Positions 1 to 10,716 of a stretch of DNA of 64,000 nucleotides are shown one piece after another. The first letter of the stretch is position 1; every line of letters starts with the position of its first letter. The stretch covers positions 2,542,001-2,606,000 of the forward strand of contig JAQOWU010000008.1 of assembly GCA_030867685.1 (NCBI GenBank), read 5' to 3'. Origin of the DNA: Wickerhamiella versatilis. Lineage: Eukaryota. The notes under the pieces were generated by a model. That model was not told the DNA's origin. It did no database searches and was given only the letters and a program-made list of their open reading frames with translations. Both the position numbers and the translations under genes were made by a program.

Positions 1-777
1 CAGCAAATACAGGGCTAGGGGTGATTAACCATAGTCCTGTAGCTCTAAAAGTCTATCTTAGTGGCAAGTAAACACAAAGTCATGGCAAAATAAAATTTAT
101 TACAGTAGAAAAATCTCACGGAATTGGACAAAATTCCGAGGAGTATGCGGTATTCATACTAACTTCTTTCGTGCGCACATACATATTCTTACTTTTTGCA
201 GTGCTATGCAAAAGGGTAAGGGTTATACAGAAGAATAGTGTTCACGGATGTTTGACATCGGTTTAAGATGTCCTCGAGCTGAGGGTGAGGGTTCACAATG
301 AATCGACAAGACGTCAGGCTGCCATGTTTTATCGATGACCCCTCAACGCTAGCCTTGACGTCTGTCAAAGTGCGGCGGATCGCTGGCGGTGATGTAATCA
401 GTGCATACCTACGTAGGAGACGAGAATAGTATACAGCGGAAATCTTTTCCTGTCCGCAATATTCTGTTTTATGTAGCGATTTGAGATTCAGAGTATAGCC
501 AGCTTGACATTTTCAATTTTAAGTTCATTAGGACCCATAGTTTCTATATTATAGAGTGGGACTTGTTCCTGTTTACTCCAGGGTCTTAAGGTAGGGGTGG
601 TCAGCAGTTAAGTCCCATCATCACGTTACCTTCACTTTCAACGCACCCGAGCATCCACGCGACCTGGCTTTCATCAGTGAGGTCAAGGCATCCTAAAATT
701 AAAAAACCGAACTGTCTTCACACGTGGTTAAAATCATCGCACGTGTAAGGAGGGTGGGAAATATTCTGCCTTAGTCT

Positions 778-2154
778 ATGGGTGATCCACCACCGTTCAC
801 ATATAGTGTCTATGACGACGAGCTATACAATGTGAATCAAGTCAGTGAACGCAGGCAGGCCCAATTCCAGGGAGCTGAAGGCTCTCTTCGGCCTACCTTT
901 AGTCCTCAAGTGACCGTTGACGATAATAATAATCAGAAGAAACCTCGTCCACGCGTACCCACATATAATCAACCTGCACATAGAACATACCAGAGCCCAG
1001 TATTCATGGGCATCTCGGAGGAGCAGGCAGTCCGGCAGGTTCCGCCAATGCTTCCCCCTCAACCACAAGGCCTTCTCCAACCAGTATCTGGCGGTAGCAG
1101 CCCTTATTTTGGTACAGGCGAAGGTTGGCGCCAGCCATTCCAGACAATGTGGCAACAGAACACCGGTGAACAGCGTCGTGTTCCTCATTATCCAGTGCCA
1201 TCCATGACGGGGCCTGGAAATATTTTACCTTATACGTCTTATAGTCCAAATATGCGCTCTCCGGCTGTGGGTGAATATTGGCAAGGCCCGCCCAGTAATA
1301 TGCGATACGTTCAATATCCTTATGCACCGCCCACTGGGTCTTGGGACACGGACCCACTTGGCCCCGGGATCTCTGTGTCCAACCCTCTTCTTCCTCAGCC
1401 ACAGCTCCAGCGAGTGCCTCCAAGCAGACGACCCGGTCATGGAGCAAAAGTGGGAAAAGGGCATAGACGAGCTAAATCTTCAAGATCTGGCAGAGGGTCG
1501 TCGTCAGGTCGGAGGATGTTAGAGTCGGTTGGTGCTGCATTTAGTGCACCGACGTATGTACCAGGAGGCATCGATAATGGTCCACTCCCCTCTGCATCTG
1601 AGGGACCGTTAGGTGGATTCTACTGGGGCCTTTTTATGGACTCTGATGATCTCACTTTACCCGTGCAAATGTACGAACCCCCCTTGCATGATTGTATCCC
1701 GACATATCCGCAAGCACTAGATGCTGATCAACAGCCTAGGGCGCGCAAGAAGTCGAAGTACACACAAGAACAAGACCAGCTTATCCTGAAATTGAAAAAC
1801 CGAGGTGAAGGCTGGGCTGAAATAGCTCGAAAAGCCCGTTGCGATAATAATTTGGCAGCACGCAATCGATACCAGGTTCTCATAGGGCAACAGGGTGGTG
1901 GTGCTTTTGTATGGACTGCTGAGGATGTTCAGGGGCTTCAGACCCTATTAGATGAAGGTGAGCGTGCGAAGTGGCATTTCCTAGCTACAGAATTATCGAA
2001 AAAGCAGAACAAACTATTCAGCATGGAGATGTGCCATTACAAAATGTGCGAAATTTTCGCGGAAAACCCTGGTCGCTTTGGGGTTGTTAAATCTTTAGAC
2101 CCCAATCGGGGAGGCGCCTCCTACAAACACAAGTCCCGGCAGCAGGACTCTTAA
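778..2154 (+). CDS. Pro/Gln-rich protein with C-terminal Myb/SANT-like repeats; putative transcriptional regulator resembling Candida adherence factor Aaf1/Adf1
   Basis: 458-aa ATG ORF; low-complexity N-terminus; KKSKYTQEQDQLILKLK..GWAEIA..LAARNRYQVLIGQQGGG..WTAEDVQGLQTLLDEGERAKWHFLATELSK has Myb-type Trp/Tyr spacing. Confidence 0.65.
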   Translation: MGDPPPFTYSVYDDELYNVNQVSERRQAQFQGAEGSLRPTFSPQVTVDDNNNQKKPRPRVPTYNQPAHRTYQSPVFMGISEEQAVRQVPPMLPPQPQGLLQPVSGGSSPYFGTGEGWRQPFQTMWQQNTGEQRRVPHYPVPSMTGPGNILPYTSYSPNMRSPAVGEYWQGPPSNMRYVQYPYAPPTGSWDTDPLGPGISVSNPLLPQPQLQRVPPSRRPGHGAKVGKGHRRAKSSRSGRGSSSGRRMLESVGAAFSAPTYVPGGIDNGPLPSASEGPLGGFYWGLFMDSDDLTLPVQMYEPPLHDCIPTYPQALDADQQPRARKKSKYTQEQDQLILKLKNRGEGWAEIARKARCDNNLAARNRYQVLIGQQGGGAFVWTAEDVQGLQTLLDEGERAKWHFLATELSKKQNKLFSMEMCHYKMCEIFAENPGRFGVVKSLDPNRGGASYKHKSRQQDS

Positions 2155-2204
2155 TATAATGTGTATTTAACTAGACATTTAGACGCATTAGTTGATGTTC
2201 AACT

Positions 2205-3164
2205 TTATTTTAGTTCATAATCAAGAAGTTCACGAGCCTTATTCCGCAGGTGGTTGATACTTTTGACAAATATTTCATCCGGCTCCATCGCACCCGTACT
2301 CTCGACCGTGAATATAAAACGTGATCTATTCCGACCCAGTTTTACCTTGTCCGCAAATTCTGGGTGTCTAAGTACCTCACGAGATACAGTGTCCCTTCGT
2401 GGATCAGCAATTTCAGGTCGCCCATCTGGCCGGATGGACACTACTCCAGGTGAAAAACAATTTTGGAAGCCCACTGCATGTTCAGCTGGTATATCCCCAG
2501 TTATTTCAATTGTAGGCATCATTCTATAAGATGCAGTGCACACGGGGGACCACTTGGCATGTTCTGAGCCCACGCCAAGAACCGCCCAGCAGTACAAAGA
2601 GATCTCCTGGCCAGGTCTTAGTTTGGCGAGGAGTATATCTGGTGCAGCAACAGTGGGTGCTGGGTTCATATATTCAAGCTGAGATCCTCGAGGCTCGAAT
2701 TTTAAATCACGTGCGTATACATTTGAGTTTAAGTATAATTCCTCAGGATCTTTAGAGCCTTTTGGAGCAGCGGGATTGTGCTCACACTTAACATTAAGAG
2801 AAAATACAACGGTGTTTCTCGTGTCATGTTTTTCTTCCTCTACACTTTCATCGACCCAGTCCAACCAGTCCGGGCTCATTGCAATGGGAACTAATCCCAG
2901 TCGTTGCGATAAAACCTCATCTTGAATTACAGATGTATTCATCTCTATAAACACCTTCTCAATGGCAACAGTGGGCACCTCTGCAATCATAATTCGTCGA
3001 AAAGCATTTGCGAAACTGGTGTCGATGTTTATAAGGTCGAAATTAGCCTCGGTATCGGTAAGATAAGCCAGCTGGACGTCGAAATCTTTACGAAATTTCT
3101 CTAAGTCCCAAACTGTATCCTCCACTTGGTCTAGTCCCACGCGATCTCTTAGTATTTCCACCAT
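2205..3164 (-). CDS. RPC40: RNA polymerase I/III shared subunit AC40
   Basis: IDTSFANAFRRIMIAEVPT, NTSVIQDEVLSQRLGLVP, LLAKLRPGQEI, HAKWSPVCTASYR. Confidence 0.97.
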   Translation of the reverse strand: MVEILRDRVGLDQVEDTVWDLEKFRKDFDVQLAYLTDTEANFDLINIDTSFANAFRRIMIAEVPTVAIEKVFIEMNTSVIQDEVLSQRLGLVPIAMSPDWLDWVDESVEEEKHDTRNTVVFSLNVKCEHNPAAPKGSKDPEELYLNSNVYARDLKFEPRGSQLEYMNPAPTVAAPDILLAKLRPGQEISLYCWAVLGVGSEHAKWSPVCTASYRMMPTIEITGDIPAEHAVGFQNCFSPGVVSIRPDGRPEIADPRRDTVSREVLRHPEFADKVKLGRNRSRFIFTVESTGAMEPDEIFVKSINHLRNKARELLDYELK

Positions 3165-3725
3165 ATCAACTTCCAGCTTTCCTCTGAAAAAAGTTATTAC
3201 GTCATCAATCTAGAGCTATATACCTTAGCGTATACGGTACTGGTGTTATTGTTACAATCGTGCACGTAAAATAGATGTTCTCGAGAGAACATTTGTCTAA
3301 AAGCTGAAATTTTAGCGTGTTTTCTATACGTTGACTCAATTGGATTTATATGATAGCAAAAGGGAGAACTGAGGGAAGTTACGTGCCCAATGATCAGGAT
3401 TGAATATATGTCGATATAAGAGGCTTGAAACTTTAGACAGATAATAGAGGTCCTTTTATTTACTTATATCCTTCACTGTCAAAAGTTGTTCCTTAAATTT
3501 CGCCAAGTAAATGCTGAAATCTTTAGATCCTCTGGCTAGTGAAACTAAGTTGTTTTTGGCCTTTTTTTCTTCAAAATTAAGAGAAAAAAGAAAACAAAAA
3601 GCCTTTGCTTCGCTTTTAGAAGTGCCTTACGATTGTTCTAGTAAATTGTAGGAGTAGGGTTCCTATGAACTCCCAACCTCCGCTTAGCGAGAACTTCTCA
3701 AAATTTTTTTTGAAAAGTGAACAAC

Positions 3726-4919
3726 ATGTCAGAAGAAAATCATGCTACCGCCGTTGACGGCACCATTCAGACCAACTACGACGAGACTGTCGAGACCTTC
3801 GATGCTTTGGGATTGAATGATGACCTCCTTCGCGGTATCTTCAGTTATGGTTTCGAACACCCATCCACGATTCAGCAGCGTGCCATCCTTCCCATCATCA
3901 AGGGACACGATGTTTTGGCTCAGTCTCAGTCTGGTACCGGTAAGACTGCCACCTTCTCCATTGGTGTTCTCCAAAACATTGACACGTCGGTGCTCAAGAC
4001 ACAGGCACTCATTCTCGCCCCAACCCGTGAGCTTGCCCTGCAGATTCAGAAGGTTGTTGTTGCACTGGGTGTCTTCCTTGATGTCAAGTGCCATGCATGC
4101 ATTGGTGGTACTTCAGTTCCTGAAGATATTGCCAAGCTCAACCAAGGTGTGCACGTAGTTGTTGGTACCCCTGGTCGTGTTCAGGATATGATTGAGCGTC
4201 GCTACTTGAACACCCGTTACATCAAGATGTTCGTTCTCGACGAGGCAGATGAGATGCTTTCGCGTGGCTTCAAGACGCAGATTTACGATATTTTCCAAAT
4301 GCTTCCTTCAGAGCTTCAGATTGTGTTGCTCTCTGCTACCATGCCTGGTCCCGTTCTCGACGTCACCACCAAATTCATGAGGGACCCAGTCAAGATCCTT
4401 GTCAAGAAGGACGAGTTGACCCTCGAAGGTATTCGCCAATTCTATATCAACATCAACGAGGAAATTCACAAGATTCCCACCCTCGTCGATTTGTACGAGA
4501 CTATCACTGTCACCCAAGCTGTAATTTTCTGCAACACCCGTAAAACTGTCGAATACATTCAGCATGAGCTTGAAGCCCGGGACTTCACCGTATCAGCAAT
4601 CCATGGTGAAATGGAGCAGAAGGAGCGTGATCTGATCATGAATGAGTTCCGCACCGGTTCTTCTCGTATCCTCATTGCTACTGACCTGCTTGCCCGTGGT
4701 ATTGACGTTCAGCAGGTTTCTATTGTTATCAATTACGATTTGCCATCAAACAAGGAGTCTTATCTGCACCGTGTCGGTCGTGGTGGCCGATTCGGTCGTA
4801 AGGGTGTAGCTGTCACTCTCTGCACTGACCAAGATACACAGGCGTTGCGTGAGCTGGAACAGTACTACTCCACGGAGATTGAGGAGATGCCTGCCTCAGT
4901 TGCTGACTTGCTAGCTTAA
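3726..4919 (+). CDS. TIF1: Translation initiation factor eIF4A (DEAD-box helicase)
   Basis: [49 protein letters not shown]; first ATG at 3726. Confidence 0.97.
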   Translation: MSEENHATAVDGTIQTNYDETVETFDALGLNDDLLRGIFSYGFEHPSTIQQRAILPIIKGHDVLAQSQSGTGKTATFSIGVLQNIDTSVLKTQALILAPTRELALQIQKVVVALGVFLDVKCHACIGGTSVPEDIAKLNQGVHVVVGTPGRVQDMIERRYLNTRYIKMFVLDEADEMLSRGFKTQIYDIFQMLPSELQIVLLSATMPGPVLDVTTKFMRDPVKILVKKDELTLEGIRQFYININEEIHKIPTLVDLYETITVTQAVIFCNTRKTVEYIQHELEARDFTVSAIHGEMEQKERDLIMNEFRTGSSRILIATDLLARGIDVQQVSIVINYDLPSNKESYLHRVGRGGRFGRKGVAVTLCTDQDTQALRELEQYYSTEIEEMPASVADLLA

Positions 4920-5868
4920 GTCTCGTCAGGAAGTCAACGCTTCACACAACAGTATAGAACCCAATGCTTGAAAATTTGGTTTTAGAGTCATAAAAAATTG
5001 AGACATAAGCTCGTATACATTTATTTTGTAAGTGCCACAATATTCTATCAATATCTAGTTAGTTACCTTTTGGAGTCTGCCCTAATTATGGTTGACGCTT
5101 ATTGTACTTAGCAGCACAGCCCAGCAGTGCACGCTCAAACGATAAACGTAAGCAAACTAAGCTTGTTTCACTTTAAGCATTTGAAAAACTTATTCAAGAA
5201 AAAAAAATTATTATATAGGTCTCATGCACATTATGTGTGATGTGTGCACGAAAAGAAATCCGAATCGTGAGATCAACTCAATGGAAAGACAGACTTCGTG
5301 GGAGTGTGAGACAAGCATGCTTAGTTACATGTTAAACCAGATTCCTGCATAACTAGGGAGGGGGTTCTCTATTCGCCATGGTCCAGATTGCATTTGAGAG
5401 CTTCCTGACTCGTCTTTCCCTCTAAATTTTATAGTTAGAACAAGCTGACTGACTTTGTTTTTATTTTTCTCACTTAAGTATCGTATCTCTCGATCTATTA
5501 TTTTGTTTTTGAATTAAACTCTAATCTTCTCTTCCAAAACTGAAGCATAAGTATAAGACCTCAAATTCGGCTTTGTATGTCAAAAAATTATCAATCTGGT
5601 CCCGACAAGAGCACACTAGTCTATTTACTGGTTATCATGAACAACAAAGAGAGGTTTATGAGACAAAGTAACAGTAAGTAATATCCAAGCATGCTTACGA
5701 CATCTCAGGATTAACCGAACAAACGAATCTTTATTTTTCTTTCGATGCACGATCCAAACCATAACGCACCGGCCAATCCCACCTGGGTTAGGGTCTGGAT
5801 CTGGGGACAGGTATTGAATCTTTTCACCAGTACTCTGTTTGAAGCAAGCGAGAGTTGGCTTCTGTATT

Positions 5869-6813
5869 ATGAGCTGGAAGACTATCCCTGGTATAGAGGA
5901 CACAGTAGCAGATTTGTCTTACGGTCCTAATCACACGCTAGCCAGCGTTTCTTGGGATGGTCGCTTGACAACTTGGGATTGCGACACGGGCAGTGAGTTT
6001 CACGTTGTAATGGACACGCCATTGTTTGCAGTATGTTGGCAGCCAGTGAGTTTCTCACAAGTATATATTGGAGGTGCATCGCGCCGAATATCGGTAGTGG
6101 ACTTAACCTCCGGGCGTGTAAGGGATGTGGGGATTGATCACACTGCAGCTGTATCCTGTATTATTCCTGCCGCAAGCAATGCTATCTTCGCAGGCTCATA
6201 TGACCGTAGCATTGAACTGCTAGATATCAAGTCAGGAAAATCGATAACGTATGATACCCCGGACAAAATTTTGGATATGGATATGAATACAACATACCAG
6301 TTAGTGGCGGCATGTAGTGGCTGTCGTGTCAGGATTTATGATACGAGAAATATGGGACGGCCCGTGGAGACAAGGCAAATGCATGGATCGTACCCATTAA
6401 GACGAATTCGATGTATGCCCAGCGGCGAAGGGTATGCGGTCACCAATATCCAGAGCAGAGTTACTGTCGAATATTTTTGGGATTCGAAGAAAAATTTTGT
6501 TTTTCGCAGTAATCGTAATCGTATACATGATCCACCAGGGTGGGAAGCACATTCACTTAACGCATTAGCATTTTCCCCTCGAGAGCCAAGTCAACTTCTA
6601 GTAGGCGGCTCGGATAAGCAGGCTTTCCTGTGGGATTTTAAAAAGAGAAAACTAATCTCGCGATACCAGCTTCCTCAGTCAATTACCTCGCTGGCTTTTT
6701 CGAAGGATGGCAGATATCTGGCTTGTGGAGTTACAGATGACGAATGGCGACTTATGCCATCGAAAGCTGCTCAAAAATCGAATTCCCAATTACTGTGGCG
6801 CGGAGATTTATGA
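5869..6813 (+). CDS. BUB3: Spindle checkpoint WD40 protein Bub3 (Bub3/Rae1 family)
   Basis: WD repeats (SVSWDG, AGSYDR, IYDTRNM), GEGYAVTNIQSRVTVEYF, LWDFKKRKLISRY, SITSLAFSKDGRYLACG; ATG at 5869. Confidence 0.8.
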   Translation: MSWKTIPGIEDTVADLSYGPNHTLASVSWDGRLTTWDCDTGSEFHVVMDTPLFAVCWQPVSFSQVYIGGASRRISVVDLTSGRVRDVGIDHTAAVSCIIPAASNAIFAGSYDRSIELLDIKSGKSITYDTPDKILDMDMNTTYQLVAACSGCRVRIYDTRNMGRPVETRQMHGSYPLRRIRCMPSGEGYAVTNIQSRVTVEYFWDSKKNFVFRSNRNRIHDPPGWEAHSLNALAFSPREPSQLLVGGSDKQAFLWDFKKRKLISRYQLPQSITSLAFSKDGRYLACGVTDDEWRLMPSKAAQKSNSQLLWRGDL

Positions 6814-6980
6814 CTTGGCCGGCCGAGATGATTTAGATTCTAATTTTGACCTGAAGAGACGCAATATGTTATTTTGTTTATGTATCATTATAACAAGAAT
6901 TATGCACACGTTATACTAGCAACTATGCGTAACTATTATCCAAAGCAAATTTCGGTCTAGAGCAAGCAATATCTATACCA

Positions 6981-8288
6981 CTAGGCTTCAAAATCTTCAT
7001 GCTTATAGGCACGCGAGCCCCCAGAACCAAGATAGGTTGACACTACTTGCCCTTTGCCTTTGAGTACGTATTGATAGGATGTTAGTCCATCCAATCCTAC
7101 AGGGCCTCGAGCGTGTAGCTTGTTCGTGGATATACCTACTTCAGCACCGAAGCCGTAACGGAACCCATCTGCGAACCGAGTGGATGCATTCCAATACACC
7201 CCTGCTGAGTCTACAGCTTTGATAAATTTTGAAGCAGTCTTTTCATTTTCTGTGACAATGCAATCCGTATGATGTGATCCATGATCATTAATGTGGTCCA
7301 CAGCAGCCTGCCAACTTGAAACCTCTCTTATTGCTATTGTCAATGACAAAAACTCAGTATTAAAATCTTCAGGCGTCGCCTCCACAATATCCGTTTCGCC
7401 TGGTAGCTTCTCAAGTAGGAAGTTATATAGATTAGATTCCGCTTTCACCTTTACCTTTGCATCTAGCAAGGCCGATACAACATGAACCAAACATTTCTCC
7501 ACAGCAGCTGAATGTATCAACACCGTCTCAATAGCATTACAAGCGGCTGGGTAATCGGTCTTCGAGTCTACCGCTATTGGTCCCGCCATATCAGGGTTCG
7601 CCTCAGAATCAATATACATAGAGCACAAACCATCCGCATGGCCGAGGACCGGTATACTTGTAGCTCGCTTTATATTACGCACCAGCTCTTTTGAACCACG
7701 TGGAATAACCATATCAATGTATTCGTCGAGGCGAAGGAGCTCTGCAACCTGTTCACGAGAAGATATCATCTGAAGTGCGCTATGCGGGATGGCAGTACGT
7801 GCCAGTGCCTGCTGAAGCAGTTCTGTCATCACCCTAAAGGTGTTTTCACTTTCCTTACCTCCCTTTAGAATAGCTGCGTTTCCTGACTTTATGGCTAGCG
7901 CCCCAATGTTCGCGATTACTTCTGGTCGAGCCTCAAAAATCACCAAGAGAACACCAACCGGGCAAGTAACACGATAAAGGTCGAGGTCATCGTCAATATG
8001 TCGCGAGAGCGTTAGGTGCCCAACAGGATCATCTAATGCCGCAACATCAAGAACGCCTTGAAGCATTGCATCAAATTTTCCAGGACGTGTGAGGTCAAGA
8101 CGTTTGATTAAAGGAGTATTCAAATCTGCACTTTCAGCTATCTCAAGATCCAAGCGATTTGCCTCAAGGATTTTATCCTTATCGTCACGCAAGCGGTCAT
8201 GGATTGCTTTAAGAGCTGCAGTACGCTGATCATTGGTCGCCATTTTGAGCGTGTTTGCCGCCTTGCGAGCAGCCTGGGCAACCTCCAT
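6981..8288 (-). CDS. PRO2: Gamma-glutamyl phosphate reductase
   Basis: PVGVLLVIFEARP, KSGNAAILKGGKES, DYPAACNAIET, NASTRFADGFRYGFGAEVGIST; ATG at 8288 (MEVAQ). Confidence 0.97.
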   Translation of the reverse strand: MEVAQAARKAANTLKMATNDQRTAALKAIHDRLRDDKDKILEANRLDLEIAESADLNTPLIKRLDLTRPGKFDAMLQGVLDVAALDDPVGHLTLSRHIDDDLDLYRVTCPVGVLLVIFEARPEVIANIGALAIKSGNAAILKGGKESENTFRVMTELLQQALARTAIPHSALQMISSREQVAELLRLDEYIDMVIPRGSKELVRNIKRATSIPVLGHADGLCSMYIDSEANPDMAGPIAVDSKTDYPAACNAIETVLIHSAAVEKCLVHVVSALLDAKVKVKAESNLYNFLLEKLPGETDIVEATPEDFNTEFLSLTIAIREVSSWQAAVDHINDHGSHHTDCIVTENEKTASKFIKAVDSAGVYWNASTRFADGFRYGFGAEVGISTNKLHARGPVGLDGLTSYQYVLKGKGQVVSTYLGSGGSRAYKHEDFEA

Positions 8289-8333
8289 CGGGCGGGCGGG
8301 CAAAAATAACTTTGCTGGGGAGAAAGTTAGAAG

Positions 8334-8340
8334 TGAGTCA
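8334..8340. promoter_or_regulatory. Gcn4/AP-1-type site upstream of PRO2
   Basis: Perfect TGAGTCA about 45 bp upstream of an amino-acid biosynthesis gene. Confidence 0.45.
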
Positions 8341-8818
8341 GATTTTTTATGTTGGGAGAAGACACACACGATGCTTTATGATTGGCACACTGAGTGGGAT
8401 AGAGCTGCTATATAAGGTTGAAATGCTTATATTCGGAAAGTTGCATTCAATAAACACATATGGATTTGATAATTACACCGCAACAAACCCTTGTCTGAGT
8501 TGCGAACACGGTCTCACGCCGATCACACGTGACATACATAGGGGTATATCTGTCTAACTAAAAATCAACTATGATACTCATAGCTGTTAAAATTCATGAA
8601 AAATATAATTGGATTTTTATGTTGTCCAAAAAAAAATCAGTTACTTTACTTCCAGGCATGATACCAGTAATATAAGTATTAAATCCTATAAACCTTTAAG
8701 AGAGTTATCGATACAGGCAATCATACATTTACGGGCGGGGTAGCCGATCCACTAAATGGATTGTTTGCACGCAAGCGCTTATCTCTTTATCCTGGGTATG
8801 GGCATCGATGATACGGGG

Positions 8819-8826
8819 TATATAAA
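8819..8826 (+). promoter_or_regulatory. TATA box of amidase gene
   Basis: TATATAAA about 35-40 bp upstream of ATG 8860; CTTATC GATA-type site nearby at about 8778. Confidence 0.5.
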
Positions 8827-8859
8827 GCCCAGCTCATATAACCAACGTTCAGAGGTGTG

Positions 8860-10515
8860 ATGTTTTTCGGACTTTTCACTACACAGCACGAACGTAATGT
8901 TATGTTCAAGCGTGTTCAGCGTGCAGACCGCATCGCAGACCTCAATGAATATCGTGAACCTCTCACATCTAAAGAGAAGATCATTTTGGGCACGCCAGCT
9001 ATAGATGCTGTTGCGATGCTGAAAAAGGAAGAATGGACTCCCTTTGAAGTACTGAAGGCCTATGGAAAAAAAGCACTTGAATGCCAGAAGGAAACAAATG
9101 CTCTTACGGAAATCATGATTCGGGAGGCGGAAGAACGAGCTAGAAATACAGATCTCACAACTCCACTCGCAGGATTCCCCGTATCGCTTAAGGACTCGTA
9201 TGGAATAGATGGATTCGATGCTACAATGGCTTTAAGTCGACTAGCAGGTATAGGATCCAGCGACACCCCATTCACAAAGTTAATTCTTGAAGCTGGTGGA
9301 AATCCATTTGTGAAAACAAACGTTCCTTGGCAAATGTTTTCATTTGATACACATAATGATCTATGGGGTGCCACGCAGAATCCACATGTCAAAGGTTATA
9401 CGTGTGGGGGCTCTTCAGGAGGAGAGGCAGCACTCCTCGCTTGGGGTGGGTCACGCTTAGGTACAGGTTCGGATATTGCAGGCTCTGTACGCAATCCTGC
9501 GCACTGGAGTGGTTGTTTCTCGCTGCGCATGACTGCAACAAGATATCCAAAAGGTGAATGGCCAAATCCGAGCCCGGGATACGAGTCCATTGTGCCCGTC
9601 TGCAGCCCCATGTGCCGGACAATGAGTGATCTGCGTTTTTACACAGATGTTATAATGAACTCAAATCCAGCTAAATATGACAGCAATTGTATACCTTTGC
9701 CTTGGCGCGAAGTGCCGAGCAAAAAGTTGAAGGTGGCAGTAATGTGGAATGACGGAATAGTAAGGCCTGTTCCTGCTTGTAGCAGAGCACTAAAAACGTC
9801 AGTCGAAGCAATCAAAGCTTCCGGACATGAAGTTGTAGATTTCGAGTGTCCAAATATGTTGGAAATTATGCAGGCGTATTCCAATCTTTTCACGGATGCC
9901 TTTTTGAGGTGCGAAAAAAATGCAATCTTCGGCGAGTACATCGATTCCACCATTAAACGAATGTTGCAGATATGTCGATGGCCTCAATGGTTACGTTGGC
10001 CTTATATTTGGTGGGTTCGTTATGTTCGCAAAGATCCAATTTGGGCTGATCTCGTAACCGAGCTCGGTCCTCATTCTGCTTTGAGTCTTCAATATTGGAC
10101 TGACAAGCGAGATAAGGCAAGTGCTGATTTTATTGGAGCGTTCGAGAGATCGGGAGCGGATGTGTTATTATGCGTGCCCGCGCAGACTGTAGCTACTCCC
10201 ATCGGTTACAAGGACCTTGATCTTGTAACTGGACCCACATTTATGTTTAACCTCCTTAATATGCCTGCTGGTATTATTCCAGTCACACATTTGGATAAGG
10301 ATATAGATACAGTGTCGCCCGACTTCAAAGTTGCCAATGGCGTGGAGCAAGCAGCTTATGATATCTATGATCCCGTATCTATGCATGGTTTGCCTGCTGG
10401 CATCCAGATAGTAGGTAGGAGATACCAAGACGAAGAAGTATTGAAGGCCATGGAGCAAATACAAGAGGCACTTGAGAAAGCAGACAAGGCCTATCCCCTT
10501 ATGGAAGTTGAATAG
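8860..10515 (+). CDS. Amidase-signature family enzyme (acetamidase/Amd2-like)
   Basis: PVSLKD catalytic Lys, GGSSGGEAAL, GSDIAGSVRNPA Ser-cisSer-Lys triad, GLPAGIQIVG. Confidence 0.9.
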   Translation: MFFGLFTTQHERNVMFKRVQRADRIADLNEYREPLTSKEKIILGTPAIDAVAMLKKEEWTPFEVLKAYGKKALECQKETNALTEIMIREAEERARNTDLTTPLAGFPVSLKDSYGIDGFDATMALSRLAGIGSSDTPFTKLILEAGGNPFVKTNVPWQMFSFDTHNDLWGATQNPHVKGYTCGGSSGGEAALLAWGGSRLGTGSDIAGSVRNPAHWSGCFSLRMTATRYPKGEWPNPSPGYESIVPVCSPMCRTMSDLRFYTDVIMNSNPAKYDSNCIPLPWREVPSKKLKVAVMWNDGIVRPVPACSRALKTSVEAIKASGHEVVDFECPNMLEIMQAYSNLFTDAFLRCEKNAIFGEYIDSTIKRMLQICRWPQWLRWPYIWWVRYVRKDPIWADLVTELGPHSALSLQYWTDKRDKASADFIGAFERSGADVLLCVPAQTVATPIGYKDLDLVTGPTFMFNLLNMPAGIIPVTHLDKDIDTVSPDFKVANGVEQAAYDIYDPVSMHGLPAGIQIVGRRYQDEEVLKAMEQIQEALEKADKAYPLMEVE

Positions 10516-10716
10516 GATGTTCAAAGGCTTTTTAACCTAAAACGTTGAAGTTCGATTTTCCATTGATATGAGTCTGATAATATAACAGTTTTTTAAAGTT
10601 TTTTTTTAAATAGTGATTATCATCTACGCAAATTTGGTTACTTTGGCTTAGGACTTATGCATACTCAATTAAATGAGCTCCTCATACTATTTGTGAACTT
10701 AGCTGACACATGACCC

